Shown here: one piece after another, positions 20,218 through 30,647 of the stretch
How positions within the stretch are numbered: the stretch's first letter is position 1
How the letters are laid out: the number at the start of each line of letters is the position of its first letter
Assembly: GCA_963666215.2 (NCBI GenBank)
Contig: CAXWPL010000005.1
Coordinates: 1,088,001-1,152,000 of the forward strand
Length of the DNA: 64,000 nucleotides
Direction of reading: 5' to 3'
DNA from: Acidobacteriota bacterium
Lineage (GTDB): Bacteria; Acidobacteriota; UBA890; WLXD01
Translations under genes and position numbers: made by a program
Notes under the pieces: model-generated
What the model was told of the DNA's origin: nothing
What the model saw: only the letters and a program-made list of their open reading frames with translations
Databases searched by the model: none

Positions 20218-22125
20218 CTACCAGGCGATGCCGTAGTCCTCGCCGTGGTGGCTCGAGCCACCCCACAGGGAGCCGTGCTCCCAATCGAAGAAGATCGCGT
20301 TGATCGGCCCCGACGTGCGCTCGGCGTCGATCAGCTCGTAGCCCATGCGGCGTAGCTCAGCGCGCACCCACGGCGGCGTGGCTTCCTGGATCAGCATGCG
20401 CCCGGGACGTGACTCGTGCTCACCGAACGAGCCTCGCATCTGGAAGCTGTTGATGTTCGGAGCCTCGGCGGCTTGCTGCACGTTCATGTTCCATTCGACG
20501 GTGTTGAGGAAGAACTGCAGGAGGTTCTGGTCCTGCCCGTCGCCGCCCTGAACGGCGAACGACAAGAACGGCTGGCCGTCCTTGATCGCCATCCCCGGAG
20601 TGAGGGTAGCGCGCGGCCGCTGACCCGGCTGCACGACGTTGTAGGGGTTGTCGGCCGGGTCGAGCACGAAGCTCTGCATGCGCTGGCTCATGCCCACGCC
20701 CGTTCGGCCCGCGACGGCCGCGGGAATCCATCCGCCGCTGGGAGTGATCGACACCACCCAGCCTTCGGCGTCCGCGGCCTGAATCGACGTTGTGCCGGCG
20801 TAGAAGTCCTCGTAGAAGTCGGCGTCGTCCGCGGCCGATTGAATCCGATCGCCGGGCGCTCCGAAGCTCGACCCGGCAGCGTCACCGCCCGCGGTATTTT
20901 CGACCTTTACGGTGTGCCAGTTGTTCAAGTACTCGAGGAACGGGTTCTCGCCGTCCTGAAATGCGTACGGATCACCCGGTCGCGCGTCGGCGTCGTTGCT
21001 CTCCCAACCAATGAGCGCCGCGCGCTGCTTCGCGTAGTCTTTCGAGAGCAGCCCGGCGATGGGCTCTTCCGGCGGGAAGTACGGATCGCCGTAGTAGAAG
21101 TCGCGATCGGCATACGCCAGGTTCATCGCCTGGTAAATGGCGTGCATGTAGCGCGACGAGTTGTAACCCATCGACTGCAGATCGAGGTTCTCGAGGATGT
21201 TCAGCGCCTGCAACATCACCGGCCCCTGAACCCAAGTGGTCAGCTTGTAGACGTCGATGCCCTTGTAGCTCGTCTTGACCGGCTCCTCGATGTAGACCTC
21301 CCAGTTGGCCAGGTCCTCCATCGTGTGCAGACCGCCCATCTCCTGCGAGCCGCGTACGAACTCCTCGGCGATGTCGCCGCGGTAGAAGCGGTCGTAGGCC
21401 GACTGAATGGCAGCCTCACGTGTCGCCCCGCCGATAAGCGCCTCCTGTTCCGCGTCGACCATCTTCCGCAGCGTCGTCGCCAGGTCGGGCTGACGGAAGA
21501 TCTCACCACCGTAGGGCGCCTCGCGCTCCTCGCCGAGATGCGGCAGGTAGATATCGCGCGAATACGGCCACTCCTTGATGCTCTCCTTGGCGCGCTCGAT
21601 CGAATTGGCCGCCTGCTCCTCCATCGGATAGCCATCGGCCATCTCGATCGCCGGCGCCAGCACCTGCTCGAGGCTCATCGTCCCGTAGTCACGCAGCATC
21701 ACCAGCAGCCCGCCAGGCGTCCCCGGCGTGACGCCCGCTTGCGGACCGAACTCGGGTGGGAAATCGAGCCCCTGTTGCTCGAAGAACTCGGCCGTGGCGC
21801 CGGTGGGAGCCACACCCAGCGCATTGATGCCGACGACCTTCTTCTGCCGCGGGTCGTAGATCAGCGCCTGCGTTTCACCGCCCCAGCCCAGCGTGTCCCA
21901 CATCGTCGAGGTGGCCGCCAGCATCGCGCACGCGGCATCTACGGCGTTGCCGCCCTGATTGAAGATCATCGCGCCAGCCGTGGCGCCGAGCGGTTTGCCG
22001 GTAATCGCCACCCAGTGGCTGCCGTGCAGGACGGGCTTGACGGTACGCTGGGCCGAGGCAGCCGTCGTGAACAGCAGCAGGGCGCAGAGGGCGACGGCCA
22101 GGATTCGAACGGTGCAGGTGCGCAT
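20218..22125 (-). CDS. ggt: Exported gamma-glutamyltransferase family protein
   Basis: Signal peptide; GGNAVDAA, TPGTPGG, FYRGDIA, YADRD, nucleophile GTTSIQAAD, PGQRPRATLTP, GGDGQDQ. Confidence 0.9.
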   Translation of the reverse strand: MRTCTVRILAVALCALLLFTTAASAQRTVKPVLHGSHWVAITGKPLGATAGAMIFNQGGNAVDAACAMLAATSTMWDTLGWGGETQALIYDPRQKKVVGINALGVAPTGATAEFFEQQGLDFPPEFGPQAGVTPGTPGGLLVMLRDYGTMSLEQVLAPAIEMADGYPMEEQAANSIERAKESIKEWPYSRDIYLPHLGEEREAPYGGEIFRQPDLATTLRKMVDAEQEALIGGATREAAIQSAYDRFYRGDIAEEFVRGSQEMGGLHTMEDLANWEVYIEEPVKTSYKGIDVYKLTTWVQGPVMLQALNILENLDLQSMGYNSSRYMHAIYQAMNLAYADRDFYYGDPYFPPEEPIAGLLSKDYAKQRAALIGWESNDADARPGDPYAFQDGENPFLEYLNNWHTVKVENTAGGDAAGSSFGAPGDRIQSAADDADFYEDFYAGTTSIQAADAEGWVVSITPSGGWIPAAVAGRTGVGMSQRMQSFVLDPADNPYNVVQPGQRPRATLTPGMAIKDGQPFLSFAVQGGDGQDQNLLQFFLNTVEWNMNVQQAAEAPNINSFQMRGSFGEHESRPGRMLIQEATPPWVRAELRRMGYELIDAERTSGPINAIFFDWEHGSLWGGSSHHGEDYGIAW

Positions 22126-22256
22126 GAGGACATCCTCCGGAGGGTGGCTTGAGGCTCGGCTGGTGCGCCCATGATAGGCGGGAGCGGGCGAGTGCTCCAG
22201 GCCACGCCTGGCGGAGTAGCCGCGGCTGGCGTTCGCGGCGTCGACGCGCGCGCTAG

Positions 22257-22859
22257 CTAGTCTTCGACTTCGACCACCATCTCGATCTCCACCGATATAC
22301 CGATCGGCAGCGAGACCATGCCGACGGCGGCGCGCGCGTGCCGGCCGGCGTCACCGAAGATCTCGACGAAGAGGTCCGACGCGCCGTTGATGACCGCCGG
22401 CTGCTCGGTGAAGTCGGCCTCCGAGTTCACCATGCCGAACACACGAACGATGCGTTTGACCTTCGAAAGCTCGCCGATCTCCGCTTTGAGCGAGCTGAGG
22501 AGGGCGATCGCAGTGACTCGCGCCGCCTCGTAGCCCTCTTCGATGCTCACCGCCGACGGGACCTTGCCGGTGATGTGGGTGCCATCGCTCTTGGCGGGGC
22601 CATGGCCAGCGAGGAAGACCAGGTTGCCGGTGCGAACCGCGTGAACGTAGTTGGCCACCGGCGGCGGCGGATCACCGAGCTCGATGCCCATGGCGGCGAG
22701 CTTGGCTTCGGGCGACTCCTGCGCGGCTGACATGGTCACCGCTTCGACGGGGCCTGAGTCGAGCAACGAGACTACGGCGACCGCGGCGACCGCGGTGGCC
22801 GCCAAGCAAAGGACGAGAGCGGTGAGCTTGAGAGAGAGATTCATCTGCTGACTCCTCAT
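22257..22859 (-). CDS. RidA/YjgF-family protein with an N-terminal signal or anchor
   Basis: [38 protein letters not shown]...VEIE; start overlaps the upstream stop. Confidence 0.88.
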   Translation of the reverse strand: MRSQQMNLSLKLTALVLCLAATAVAAVAVVSLLDSGPVEAVTMSAAQESPEAKLAAMGIELGDPPPPVANYVHAVRTGNLVFLAGHGPAKSDGTHITGKVPSAVSIEEGYEAARVTAIALLSSLKAEIGELSKVKRIVRVFGMVNSEADFTEQPAVINGASDLFVEIFGDAGRHARAAVGMVSLPIGISVEIEMVVEVED

Positions 22860-25800
22860 TCGCCGACGATAATCGGCAGGACCTGCAGGTCACGAAGCTG
22901 AGCGTTGAAAGCGTCTACCGATTGCTGCAGCGTTCCGAGTGCAGCTCTCGAAGCATCCCACCGGGCACGCAGATCCGCGAGGCGTTCTCGGGCTCCGCTG
23001 GTCACAGGAGGCTCGGTGCCGTCGACCGAGAGCATCAGGGCCACCACCTGGGTGATGAGCTGGGTCTCGAAGTTGATCATGTCCTGGAACGTCTCGCGCT
23101 TGAACTGCGCCAGATCGCCGATCCAGTCGTCAATTGATTCAACGAGGGCGGTGCCGGCCTCCGAGATCGTCTCGGCATCGGCATGGTCTTCCGTCCGATC
23201 GACAACCGACTGCACCTGCTGGCGCACGTCGCGCATGCGGTTCACCGAGTCCATGATGGCTGTGCGCATCTCGGACGCGTCGGCCAAGAATGCGTCCTGC
23301 GCCTCGAGCTCGGCGGTCGAGACTTCAACGCGTGGGTCGTAGCGCACCTCGAGCTCTGAACTGACCGACGTCTCTCCTCGGGTCAGCCGCACGCCGTAGG
23401 TGCCCGGCAACGCGAGGCGACCGCCAGAGCCGCCGCCAGGCCCCCCGTAAGCGGTGAAGTTGCGGATCGGCTCGACCGAAGCGTGGCGGAAGTTCCAGGT
23501 CAGCCGGTGCAGCTTGCCGGCCGTCGTCGCCGGCTCCGGCAACGAGTCGATCGAAGCGTCTTCGGCAGCCTCGGTATCGCTGCTGTAGGTCCGGACCACG
23601 GCGCCCGACGCATCGAGGATCTCGATCGTCACCGCCTCCGCGGCCATGTCTTCGTCGGAGCCCCCATCGACCTCGGGAACCGGCGCTCCGAAAGAGTAGA
23701 AGATCTGCGCCCCGGCCGGCGGGTTCTGGCCCGACCGCGGAGGGCCGAAGCCGAAGCCCCCGCTCCAGTTGACCTGGTAGGCCGGCCGCGGATCGAACAG
23801 CTTCATCGGCTCGGACACCACGCCGTGCTGTGCCTGCTGCAACGGCGACAGGTCGTCGAGAATCCAGAACGAGCGTCCCTGGGTGGCGGCAACCAGGTCG
23901 TTGTCCTTGATGATCAGGTCGGTAACCGCCACGCCCTTCGGGAAGTTCAGGTTGAAGGGCTCCCACGTGTCGCCGTCGTCGAAGGAGACGTAGATACCGA
24001 GCTCGGTGCCGGCGTACAGCAGGCCCCGTGTGACGGTGTCCTCACGCACCACCCGCACCCAGTGGTCGGCGGCGATGCCGTCGACAACCCGCGTCCAAGA
24101 GACCCCGTAGTCGCTGGTCTTGAACACATGCGGCGTGAAGTCGTTGAACTTGTAGCGAGAAACCGCCAGATACGCCGTGCCGGCATCATGCGGCGACGCC
24201 TCGATGGCGTTGACCAACGCCTCGTCGCCCGGTGCCTGCCCGGTGCCACGACCGAGCTCCGCCACCTCCGGCGGCGTAACGTCGGACCAGGTTTGGCCAC
24301 CATCGCGTGTAAGCTTAACCAAGCCGTCGTCGGTTCCGGCCCAGATCACGCCCGCGGTCACCGGTGATTCCGTGACGTAGAAGATCGTGTTGTACACCTC
24401 ACCGCCGGCGTTCTCGTTGGTGATCGGTCCGCCGCCAATCTGCTGCTTCTCCTCGTCGTTGCGCGTCAGGTCGGGTGAGATGAGTTGCCAGCTCTGGCCG
24501 CGATCGGAAGTGCGGAAGAGCACATTGCCGGCCTGGTAAATGACGCCGCGGGCGTGAGGCGAGCCCACCACGGGGTTGTTCCAGTTGAAGCGGTACTTCT
24601 GATCGATCGGGTTGCTGCCCAGGTTCATCTCGGGGTAGGCACGGATCGGCTTGGTGCGCCTGGTCACACGATCCCAGACGTCGATATCACCCTCGATACA
24701 AGTGCCGTACACATAACGCGGATCGGCCGGATCGTCGAAGGCAATGTAGGCGCTCTCACAGCCGGAGACGTCGTAGAAGTCCCTCCAGCCGGGACCACCT
24801 GGAGCCGCTGATGCGATGCCGATGGCCGAGTTGTCCTGCTGACCGCCGTACACGTGGTACGGAAACTGGTCGTCGGTAATCACGCGGTAGAACTGCGCGG
24901 TGGGCTGGTTGCGCTGCGTCGACCAACTCTGCCCGCCGTTGAACGAGATGTTCGCCCCACCGTCGTTGGCGTTGATCATCGCGTTGTTGTCGAGCGGGTT
25001 GATCCACAGGTCGTGGTTGTCGCCGTGCGGCACCTGCACGTTCTCGAAGGTGCGGCCGCCGTCGATGGAGCGCATGAACGGTGCGTTGAGAACCACCACC
25101 ATGTCGGCGTTCTGTGGGTCGGCAAAAACCTCCATGTAGTACCAGGAGCGCGTCTGGATGATCCGGCTGCTGTTGATCTGCTCCCAGCTGTCGCCGGCAT
25201 CGTCGGAGCGGTACAGCCCACCCTTGCCCGATTCACCGATCGCGCCAGCGTCGGCCTCGATGATGGCGTAGACGCGATTCGAGTCGGCGCGCGAGACATC
25301 GACACTGACCTTGCCCATGAGCTCGGGAAGACCCTTGTCGATCTTCGTCCAGGTGTCGCCCGAGTCGGTTGACTTCCAGATGCCGCTCCCCTCGCCGCCC
25401 GACTCGACGATCCAGGGCCGACGGATGTGATCCCAGTACGCCGCGTACAGGATCCGCGGGTTGTTCATGTCCATCGATAGGTCGCTCGCACCGGCGCGAT
25501 TCGACACGAAATGGATCTTGTCCCACGTCTCGCCTCCGTCCTTCGATCGATAGATCCCGCGATCCTCGGTTTCGCCGTAGGGAGCGCCCTGCGCGGCGAC
25601 GTACACCAGATCCGGATTCTGAGGATGGATGCGAATCCTGGAGATCGCCCGAGTACCGTCGAGTCCGAGGTGCGTCCAGGTCTTGCCGGCGTCGGTCGAC
25701 CGATACACCCCGTCTCCGTGAGACGTGGTCACGCCGCGGACCGCGTGCTCACCCATGCCGACGTAGACGACGTTGGCGTCGGACTCGGCGACGGCGATCG

Positions 25801-26143
25801 CGCCTACCGAGCTCGTGTTCAAGAAACCGTCACTGACATTCCGCCAGGTCTCACCCGCGTCGGATGTCTTCCAAACACCTCCACCTACGGAACCGAAGTA
25901 GTACGTATCCAGGTCGCCCACCACACCTGTCACCGCAACCGATCGTCCGCCACGAAACGGCCCGATGTTGCGCCACTGCATCGCCGAGAAGAACTCGTTG
26001 ACGGTCGGGGTCGAGTCGTCCTGGAGAGCCGGGGCGGCGGCAGCGAGCGGCATCGCGACCGCAGGCACCAGCAGAACGAGAAGGGCGCACGCCAACCATC
26101 GGGTTGCAGCGAGGAGCGGCTTTCGCGGCGTCGGGAGGGACAT
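22856..26143 (-). CDS. Exported VPS10/BNR-repeat (sortilin-like) glycosyl hydrolase-family protein
   Basis: Signal peptide; [12 protein letters not shown]; repeated Asp-boxes ([32 protein letters not shown]); HGDNHDLW; GGQQDNS. Confidence 0.9.
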   Translation of the reverse strand: MSLPTPRKPLLAATRWLACALLVLLVPAVAMPLAAAAPALQDDSTPTVNEFFSAMQWRNIGPFRGGRSVAVTGVVGDLDTYYFGSVGGGVWKTSDAGETWRNVSDGFLNTSSVGAIAVAESDANVVYVGMGEHAVRGVTTSHGDGVYRSTDAGKTWTHLGLDGTRAISRIRIHPQNPDLVYVAAQGAPYGETEDRGIYRSKDGGETWDKIHFVSNRAGASDLSMDMNNPRILYAAYWDHIRRPWIVESGGEGSGIWKSTDSGDTWTKIDKGLPELMGKVSVDVSRADSNRVYAIIEADAGAIGESGKGGLYRSDDAGDSWEQINSSRIIQTRSWYYMEVFADPQNADMVVVLNAPFMRSIDGGRTFENVQVPHGDNHDLWINPLDNNAMINANDGGANISFNGGQSWSTQRNQPTAQFYRVITDDQFPYHVYGGQQDNSAIGIASAAPGGPGWRDFYDVSGCESAYIAFDDPADPRYVYGTCIEGDIDVWDRVTRRTKPIRAYPEMNLGSNPIDQKYRFNWNNPVVGSPHARGVIYQAGNVLFRTSDRGQSWQLISPDLTRNDEEKQQIGGGPITNENAGGEVYNTIFYVTESPVTAGVIWAGTDDGLVKLTRDGGQTWSDVTPPEVAELGRGTGQAPGDEALVNAIEASPHDAGTAYLAVSRYKFNDFTPHVFKTSDYGVSWTRVVDGIAADHWVRVVREDTVTRGLLYAGTELGIYVSFDDGDTWEPFNLNFPKGVAVTDLIIKDNDLVAATQGRSFWILDDLSPLQQAQHGVVSEPMKLFDPRPAYQVNWSGGFGFGPPRSGQNPPAGAQIFYSFGAPVPEVDGGSDEDMAAEAVTIEILDASGAVVRTYSSDTEAAEDASIDSLPEPATTAGKLHRLTWNFRHASVEPIRNFTAYGGPGGGSGGRLALPGTYGVRLTRGETSVSSELEVRYDPRVEVSTAELEAQDAFLADASEMRTAIMDSVNRMRDVRQQVQSVVDRTEDHADAETISEAGTALVESIDDWIGDLAQFKRETFQDMINFETQLITQVVALMLSVDGTEPPVTSGARERLADLRARWDASRAALGTLQQSVDAFNAQLRDLQVLPIIVGE

Positions 26144-26371
26144 TGGAACCTCGTGCTGTATTGGAATTGGATCAGCCCGCGGAGTATGCCGGAGCCGACC
26201 GAAGAACGCACGATGAGCGCGGCTGGAGCCTGCCCTTGGCCGTCAAGTCGGCGGCCTCGGCAGCCGTTGTGGCGTCGCTCCCGACAGCGGCGCTGCGGAT
26301 TCGCATTCCCGCTCGCTTGATAGAGTTGCGCAAATCAACACCCGACCCCTTCACGACCCCACGGTTACGGC

Positions 26372-26962
26372 ATGATCGACGTTCGCGAGCTACAGCGAGT
26401 CCACGACGAGGCCCTTGCGCTTGGGGCCGACGCGCCCGACGACGCGCTGCAGGCACCGCACGACGGTTTCGCCGCGACCGTGGCCCGCGAGCATGCCTGC
26501 AACCTGCTGATCTGGCGACACGAGGAGTTCGCGCGCCAGCCAGGCGCACCGGACGCTGTCGTGGCGCAGGCGAAGCGAACCATCGACATCCATAACAAGG
26601 CGCGCAACGACTGGATCGAACGCATCGACACGGCGATTGCCGAGATGATCGAGGCGCTTGACGTGGCACCAGCGGCCGACGCGTCGATGAACACCGAGAC
26701 CGTCGGAAGCGTGATCGATCGGCTCTCGATCATGGCGATTCGGATTCATCACCTGCGCGCCGACCTCGGCGGAGATCGACCCGATCCGCTCGGCGCGCAC
26801 GCCACCGTCGACGAGTTGGCAACCTGTGAGCGCCAACGGCGCGAGCTCGCCGCGGCGCTCGAGTCCGTGCTCAGCGATATCACCACGGGCCGCAAGCGAC
26901 ATATGGCGCACCGGCACCTGAAGATCTACGCCGACGGTTCGAGCTCAGTCAGGGGCGAATGA
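26372..26962 (+). CDS. DUF4254-like protein
   Basis: WRHEEFAR, KRTID..N..RND.IE.ID, NTETVGSVIDRLSIMAIRI.H; next to a GT9 gene, a common context for this family. Confidence 0.75.
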   Translation: MIDVRELQRVHDEALALGADAPDDALQAPHDGFAATVAREHACNLLIWRHEEFARQPGAPDAVVAQAKRTIDIHNKARNDWIERIDTAIAEMIEALDVAPAADASMNTETVGSVIDRLSIMAIRIHHLRADLGGDRPDPLGAHATVDELATCERQRRELAAALESVLSDITTGRKRHMAHRHLKIYADGSSSVRGE

Positions 26963-27028
26963 GAACGCGATCGCCGAGCGGGCGACAACAGCGGCAGCTG
27001 CCGGCGTGGCTAGGGCGGCGACGGCGAG

Positions 27029-28093
27029 CTAGGCCAGGAGCCGATCACAGGCTGCAATCACATCGTCGCTGGTGATCTCGAGCATGGCGTCGTTGCTCGC
27101 GGCTCGCCGCTCGCGGCTGCTACCCGCCTGGTAGCGCGCCTGCAAGCAAACGTGCTGCTCGCCGTACGGACCGCTCTGCTGCCATCGCGTGGCGCCGAAC
27201 AGACCGATGCACGTGCAGCCCACCGCCGCGGCCAGATGCATCGGGCCGCTATCGGGGCCAATGAACAGATGGGCGCGGCGTAGCAGCGCGGCGAGCTCAA
27301 CCAGATTCAACGGCGGAGCCACACTCACGGTGGCGCCTAGCCGCAGAGCGGCTTCGACAATGTCGTTAGCCATCGCGCGCTCGCTGTCGCCTTTCCAAGC
27401 AAGGACGACGGGCAGCGAGAATCGACTCCAAACGTGGTACGCCACGGCGGCGTAGCGCTCGTTCGACCACAATCGAGAGCGCCAGCCGGCGCCGGGGCTG
27501 ACGACAACGAAGCGGCGATCGGCGCCGACCTGAGCCGCGGGCCAAAGGCCGGCCAGCGTGGCGGCCACGGCATGCTCGGACGCCGAGTCGACGGGCAGGT
27601 TGTACTCGACGGGAGCCGCAGCCACGCCGAGCTTCGACACCAGCTCCAGGTAGCGCTCCACGCAGTTGTCGACGCTGCGCAGAACGAGCTCGTTGTTGAG
27701 CTGCACGCTGAGCTCACGTCCGTCGGGCGACCGAAAGCCGATGCGCCGCCGGGCGCCCGCCAGCCAGCCGAGGACCGCGCTCTTGGTCAGGCCTTGAGGA
27801 TCGATCGAGACCTCGGCCTGCAGTGAGCGCAGTCGACGCCGCAGCGCCGGCCACTTGGCTGGACTGCGGAACCAGCGCGGCGGCAGCACGAGAACGTCGT
27901 CAATCACCGGATGCTGCTCGAGCAAGGGCGCGGAGTCTGGCTCGACGGCCCAGGCGATGAACGCATCGGGCCACTGGCGCCGCAACGCGACCGCCATCGG
28001 GATCGTCTGCACGCAATCACCCACGTGGCTGAGCCGGGTGATCAAGAAGCGCGGCGCGTCGGCCAAACGGCGATCCTCGGAGGATGGTGGCAA
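27029..28093 (-). CDS. Glycosyltransferase family 9 (heptosyltransferase-like)
   Basis: RLSHVGD, DPQGLTKSA, PGAGW...W, FIGPDSGPMHLAAAVG, LFGAT. Confidence 0.9.
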   Translation of the reverse strand: MPPSSEDRRLADAPRFLITRLSHVGDCVQTIPMAVALRRQWPDAFIAWAVEPDSAPLLEQHPVIDDVLVLPPRWFRSPAKWPALRRRLRSLQAEVSIDPQGLTKSAVLGWLAGARRRIGFRSPDGRELSVQLNNELVLRSVDNCVERYLELVSKLGVAAAPVEYNLPVDSASEHAVAATLAGLWPAAQVGADRRFVVVSPGAGWRSRLWSNERYAAVAYHVWSRFSLPVVLAWKGDSERAMANDIVEAALRLGATVSVAPPLNLVELAALLRRAHLFIGPDSGPMHLAAAVGCTCIGLFGATRWQQSGPYGEQHVCLQARYQAGSSRERRAASNDAMLEITSDDVIAACDRLLA

Positions 28094-28221
28094 AGGGTCG
28101 ATGGGGCAGATGGGGTGACAGGAGCGACCGCGTAACGCACGCGACGAGATCTCCTCGCGGCGCTAGGCCATCTCCATCGAGGTAGGCCAACAGTAGCAGC
28201 GCCGTCTGCGGCCAGCCAACG

Positions 28222-28766
28222 CTAGGCCGCCGTGGCCGACCGATCGCGACCCATCAGAAGGGCGCCGAAACCTGGCAAGAACGCCACCGTCCAGCACAGG
28301 AAGAACCAGATGTAGAACGGCCCCGGCGAGATCGAGCCGAACCAAATCCCCGAGATCGAGTAGAAGGCGATTCCGGAAAGCAGCGCCGCAACGCAGCCAC
28401 GCGTCAGTGCGCGGCTCATCGTCTCGCCGTCGTCTGCCAGCGCCCGGTTGAGGATGGCGAAGGCGATCCACAGCCCCATCCAGGCAACGAACATCGCCGC
28501 GACTCCAACCACGCCGTACAGAACATAGAAAGCGGCAGCTGCCGCGATGCCAATGGCGAGCCCCCCAGCGCCCCCAGCCAAGCTGCCCGCGGTCGACCGG
28601 CAACACGGCCGAGCACCATTCCGAGGGCCGCCAACACGAGGCCACCATGCACCACGCCGTACACGGCACGATGCTCCAGCTCACCTGCCGCCCAGAAAGC
28701 GTCGGCGAACGTGCTGACAAAAGCCAGAGCAAGACTCGCAACGATGGTCTGCTTGATTCCGCTCAA
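28222..28766 (-). pseudogene. Hypothetical multi-TM membrane protein, frameshifted at a G6 run
   Basis: TTG at 28766 after GAGGA. The hydrophobic reading ...AAWLGALGG continues as LAIGIAAAAAFYVLY... only if one G is added to the run at 28561-28566. Confidence 0.7.
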
Positions 28767-29153
28767 TGGTTCCTCACCGCTTGAAGGTTGATCCGTCGTG
28801 GGGCGGTATCCGGGATTGTGGGCCCCGGTCGCGGCGGCGGCCACCGAGCCGACCTCGCACCTACCGGTTCAACGGTGTCCAGGCCCGGCGCCAAGTGCAA
28901 GAGGGAGATACCGCGGTGAGGTCCAATCGCGGGCCTGTCGGGTCGTAGCTGGCCATCGATCGCGAGCACCGCGCGGAGGAACATCACAAGAGTCGCCCCG
29001 AACCGCTCGCTGACGATGACCTAGCCTGCCGGCTCCTGGCCGCATCGAAAACCTCCTGCCGTCAGTTGACCAGACTGCCGATCGCCCGGTAGCTTTCTTG
29101 CTGCCTGGGTATCGCACGCCGGCGCAAGCCCTCTGCGTCGAAAGGAAGATCTC

Positions 29154-30617
29154 ATGTTGCAGCCGCCAACCAGCCGCTCCAGTCGTTTCGCCGGTTCCGT
29201 TTTTTCAGCCGTCGCTCTGCTCCTGGTCACCGCCGCAAGCACAGGAGTCGCTGCCGCGCCGCAGCAGGAGATGGTTTTCAAGCTCGCCACGGAACGGTCG
29301 ATGTCGATCGACGGCGCGGTCAGCGCCCGCACGACGATCTACGACGAGGTTCAGCGGCGCTGGGTGCCGCTGCAAGAAGCCACGCATAACCCGTTCGCTG
29401 CGGCTCCTGGTGCTGAGCTGATCCGAGCCTCGGCCGACGAGCTCCCCTACCAGCGGCTGCTGGTCCAGCAAACCGTGCGCACGCAGAAAGCGGGGCAGCG
29501 AGCACAGCGGTGGACCCCGCTGCTCAAGTCTTGGCTGCCCTGGATCACCACGACCATGAACCGCTACTTCGACCGGCGGCGCGGTAACCCCCGCATCCCG
29601 CAGATGGACGGGCCTCAGGGGAACAAGCAGGTCGCCTGGAAGCAGCTGGCCGTGGGTAGGGAGAAGGAGGAAAGCGACCAGATGAACTTCAACGGCCGCC
29701 ACGACCTCACCCTGCTCAACAACAACGACAACATGTTCGGCCGTGGCACCGCAGAAGTTCCGAATCCGGTTGTCAGCGGCGTTCGACTCGACACCATCTC
29801 ATGCGTCATCAACCAGGGAACGGGGATCGAATGCGAGCGCCGCAACACCGAGGGTGACGTCCACTTCGCCACGCGCCAGATACTGGCAAACGGCTCGGTC
29901 TGGCCCGGGTTCTTCGAGGATCTCACGATCAACCGGCGGCGCGTCTTCTTGCTGTCGCAGCTGCTGTTCATCGTCGGGCACGACCCCGACCTGTGGGTGC
30001 ACGACTACAACGGCTAGGGGACCATCAAGCCCAAGGCACTCGCCAACGTGAACAGCAACACCAACAAGGAGCGTGTCGCGCGCGACAAGCTCCTCAACCT
30101 CGCCACACCAACCGAGCCGGCACCGCGAAGCGCCTCCGTGGCCCCGCGGATGGTGCCCAAGGCCAACTCGCTCTTCAATTTGGCGAAAGGGCGGCCCACG
30201 TTCGACCCCACAAAGTCTTTCCGAAGCAACGCCTTCGCCCAGGAGGCTTGGATCGCGACCGACCTCAAGGGACCGAGCTCGAAGCAGAAAATGACCATGG
30301 TGATCAGCGACGCCCGGCCTGCCGGCACCGCCCCACAAGCGGGCCAGACCATCGTCACCGTGCGCGGCTTCTCGGTCGACCGCGACATCTCGCTGTCGGA
30401 CGGGAGAGATGCGACGCGCGACTACCTGGCCTCCAACCTGGCCGTCGGCGACCTCGACGACTGGAACACCATCGCCGCCTGGGTGCGGCGCAACGGCACC
30501 CCGTCGGCCGGTTTCGATCGCGTGCTCCAGGTCTTCATCAAGGTGACCGGCCGCGATGCGAACGGCGCCAAGAAGTCGGTGAGGCGCAAGTACCGACTGG
30601 GCATCGACAACCCCTAG
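29154..30617 (+). pseudogene. Exported protein of unknown family (about 487 codons) with an in-frame TAG at 30015-30017
   Basis: AAGGAAG RBS, signal peptide ending VAAA; ...HDYNG*GTIKPKALANVNSNTNK... is continuous in one frame with the same GC3-rich codon use. Confidence 0.7.
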
Positions 30618-30647
30618 CCGGGAAGCAACCGCGACGCGCCGGTGCTC

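Noticed and set aside
28767-29153. ncRNA or gene remnant in a long intergenic region
   Set aside because: No recognisable RNA motif, repeat or coding signal; probably divergent promoters.
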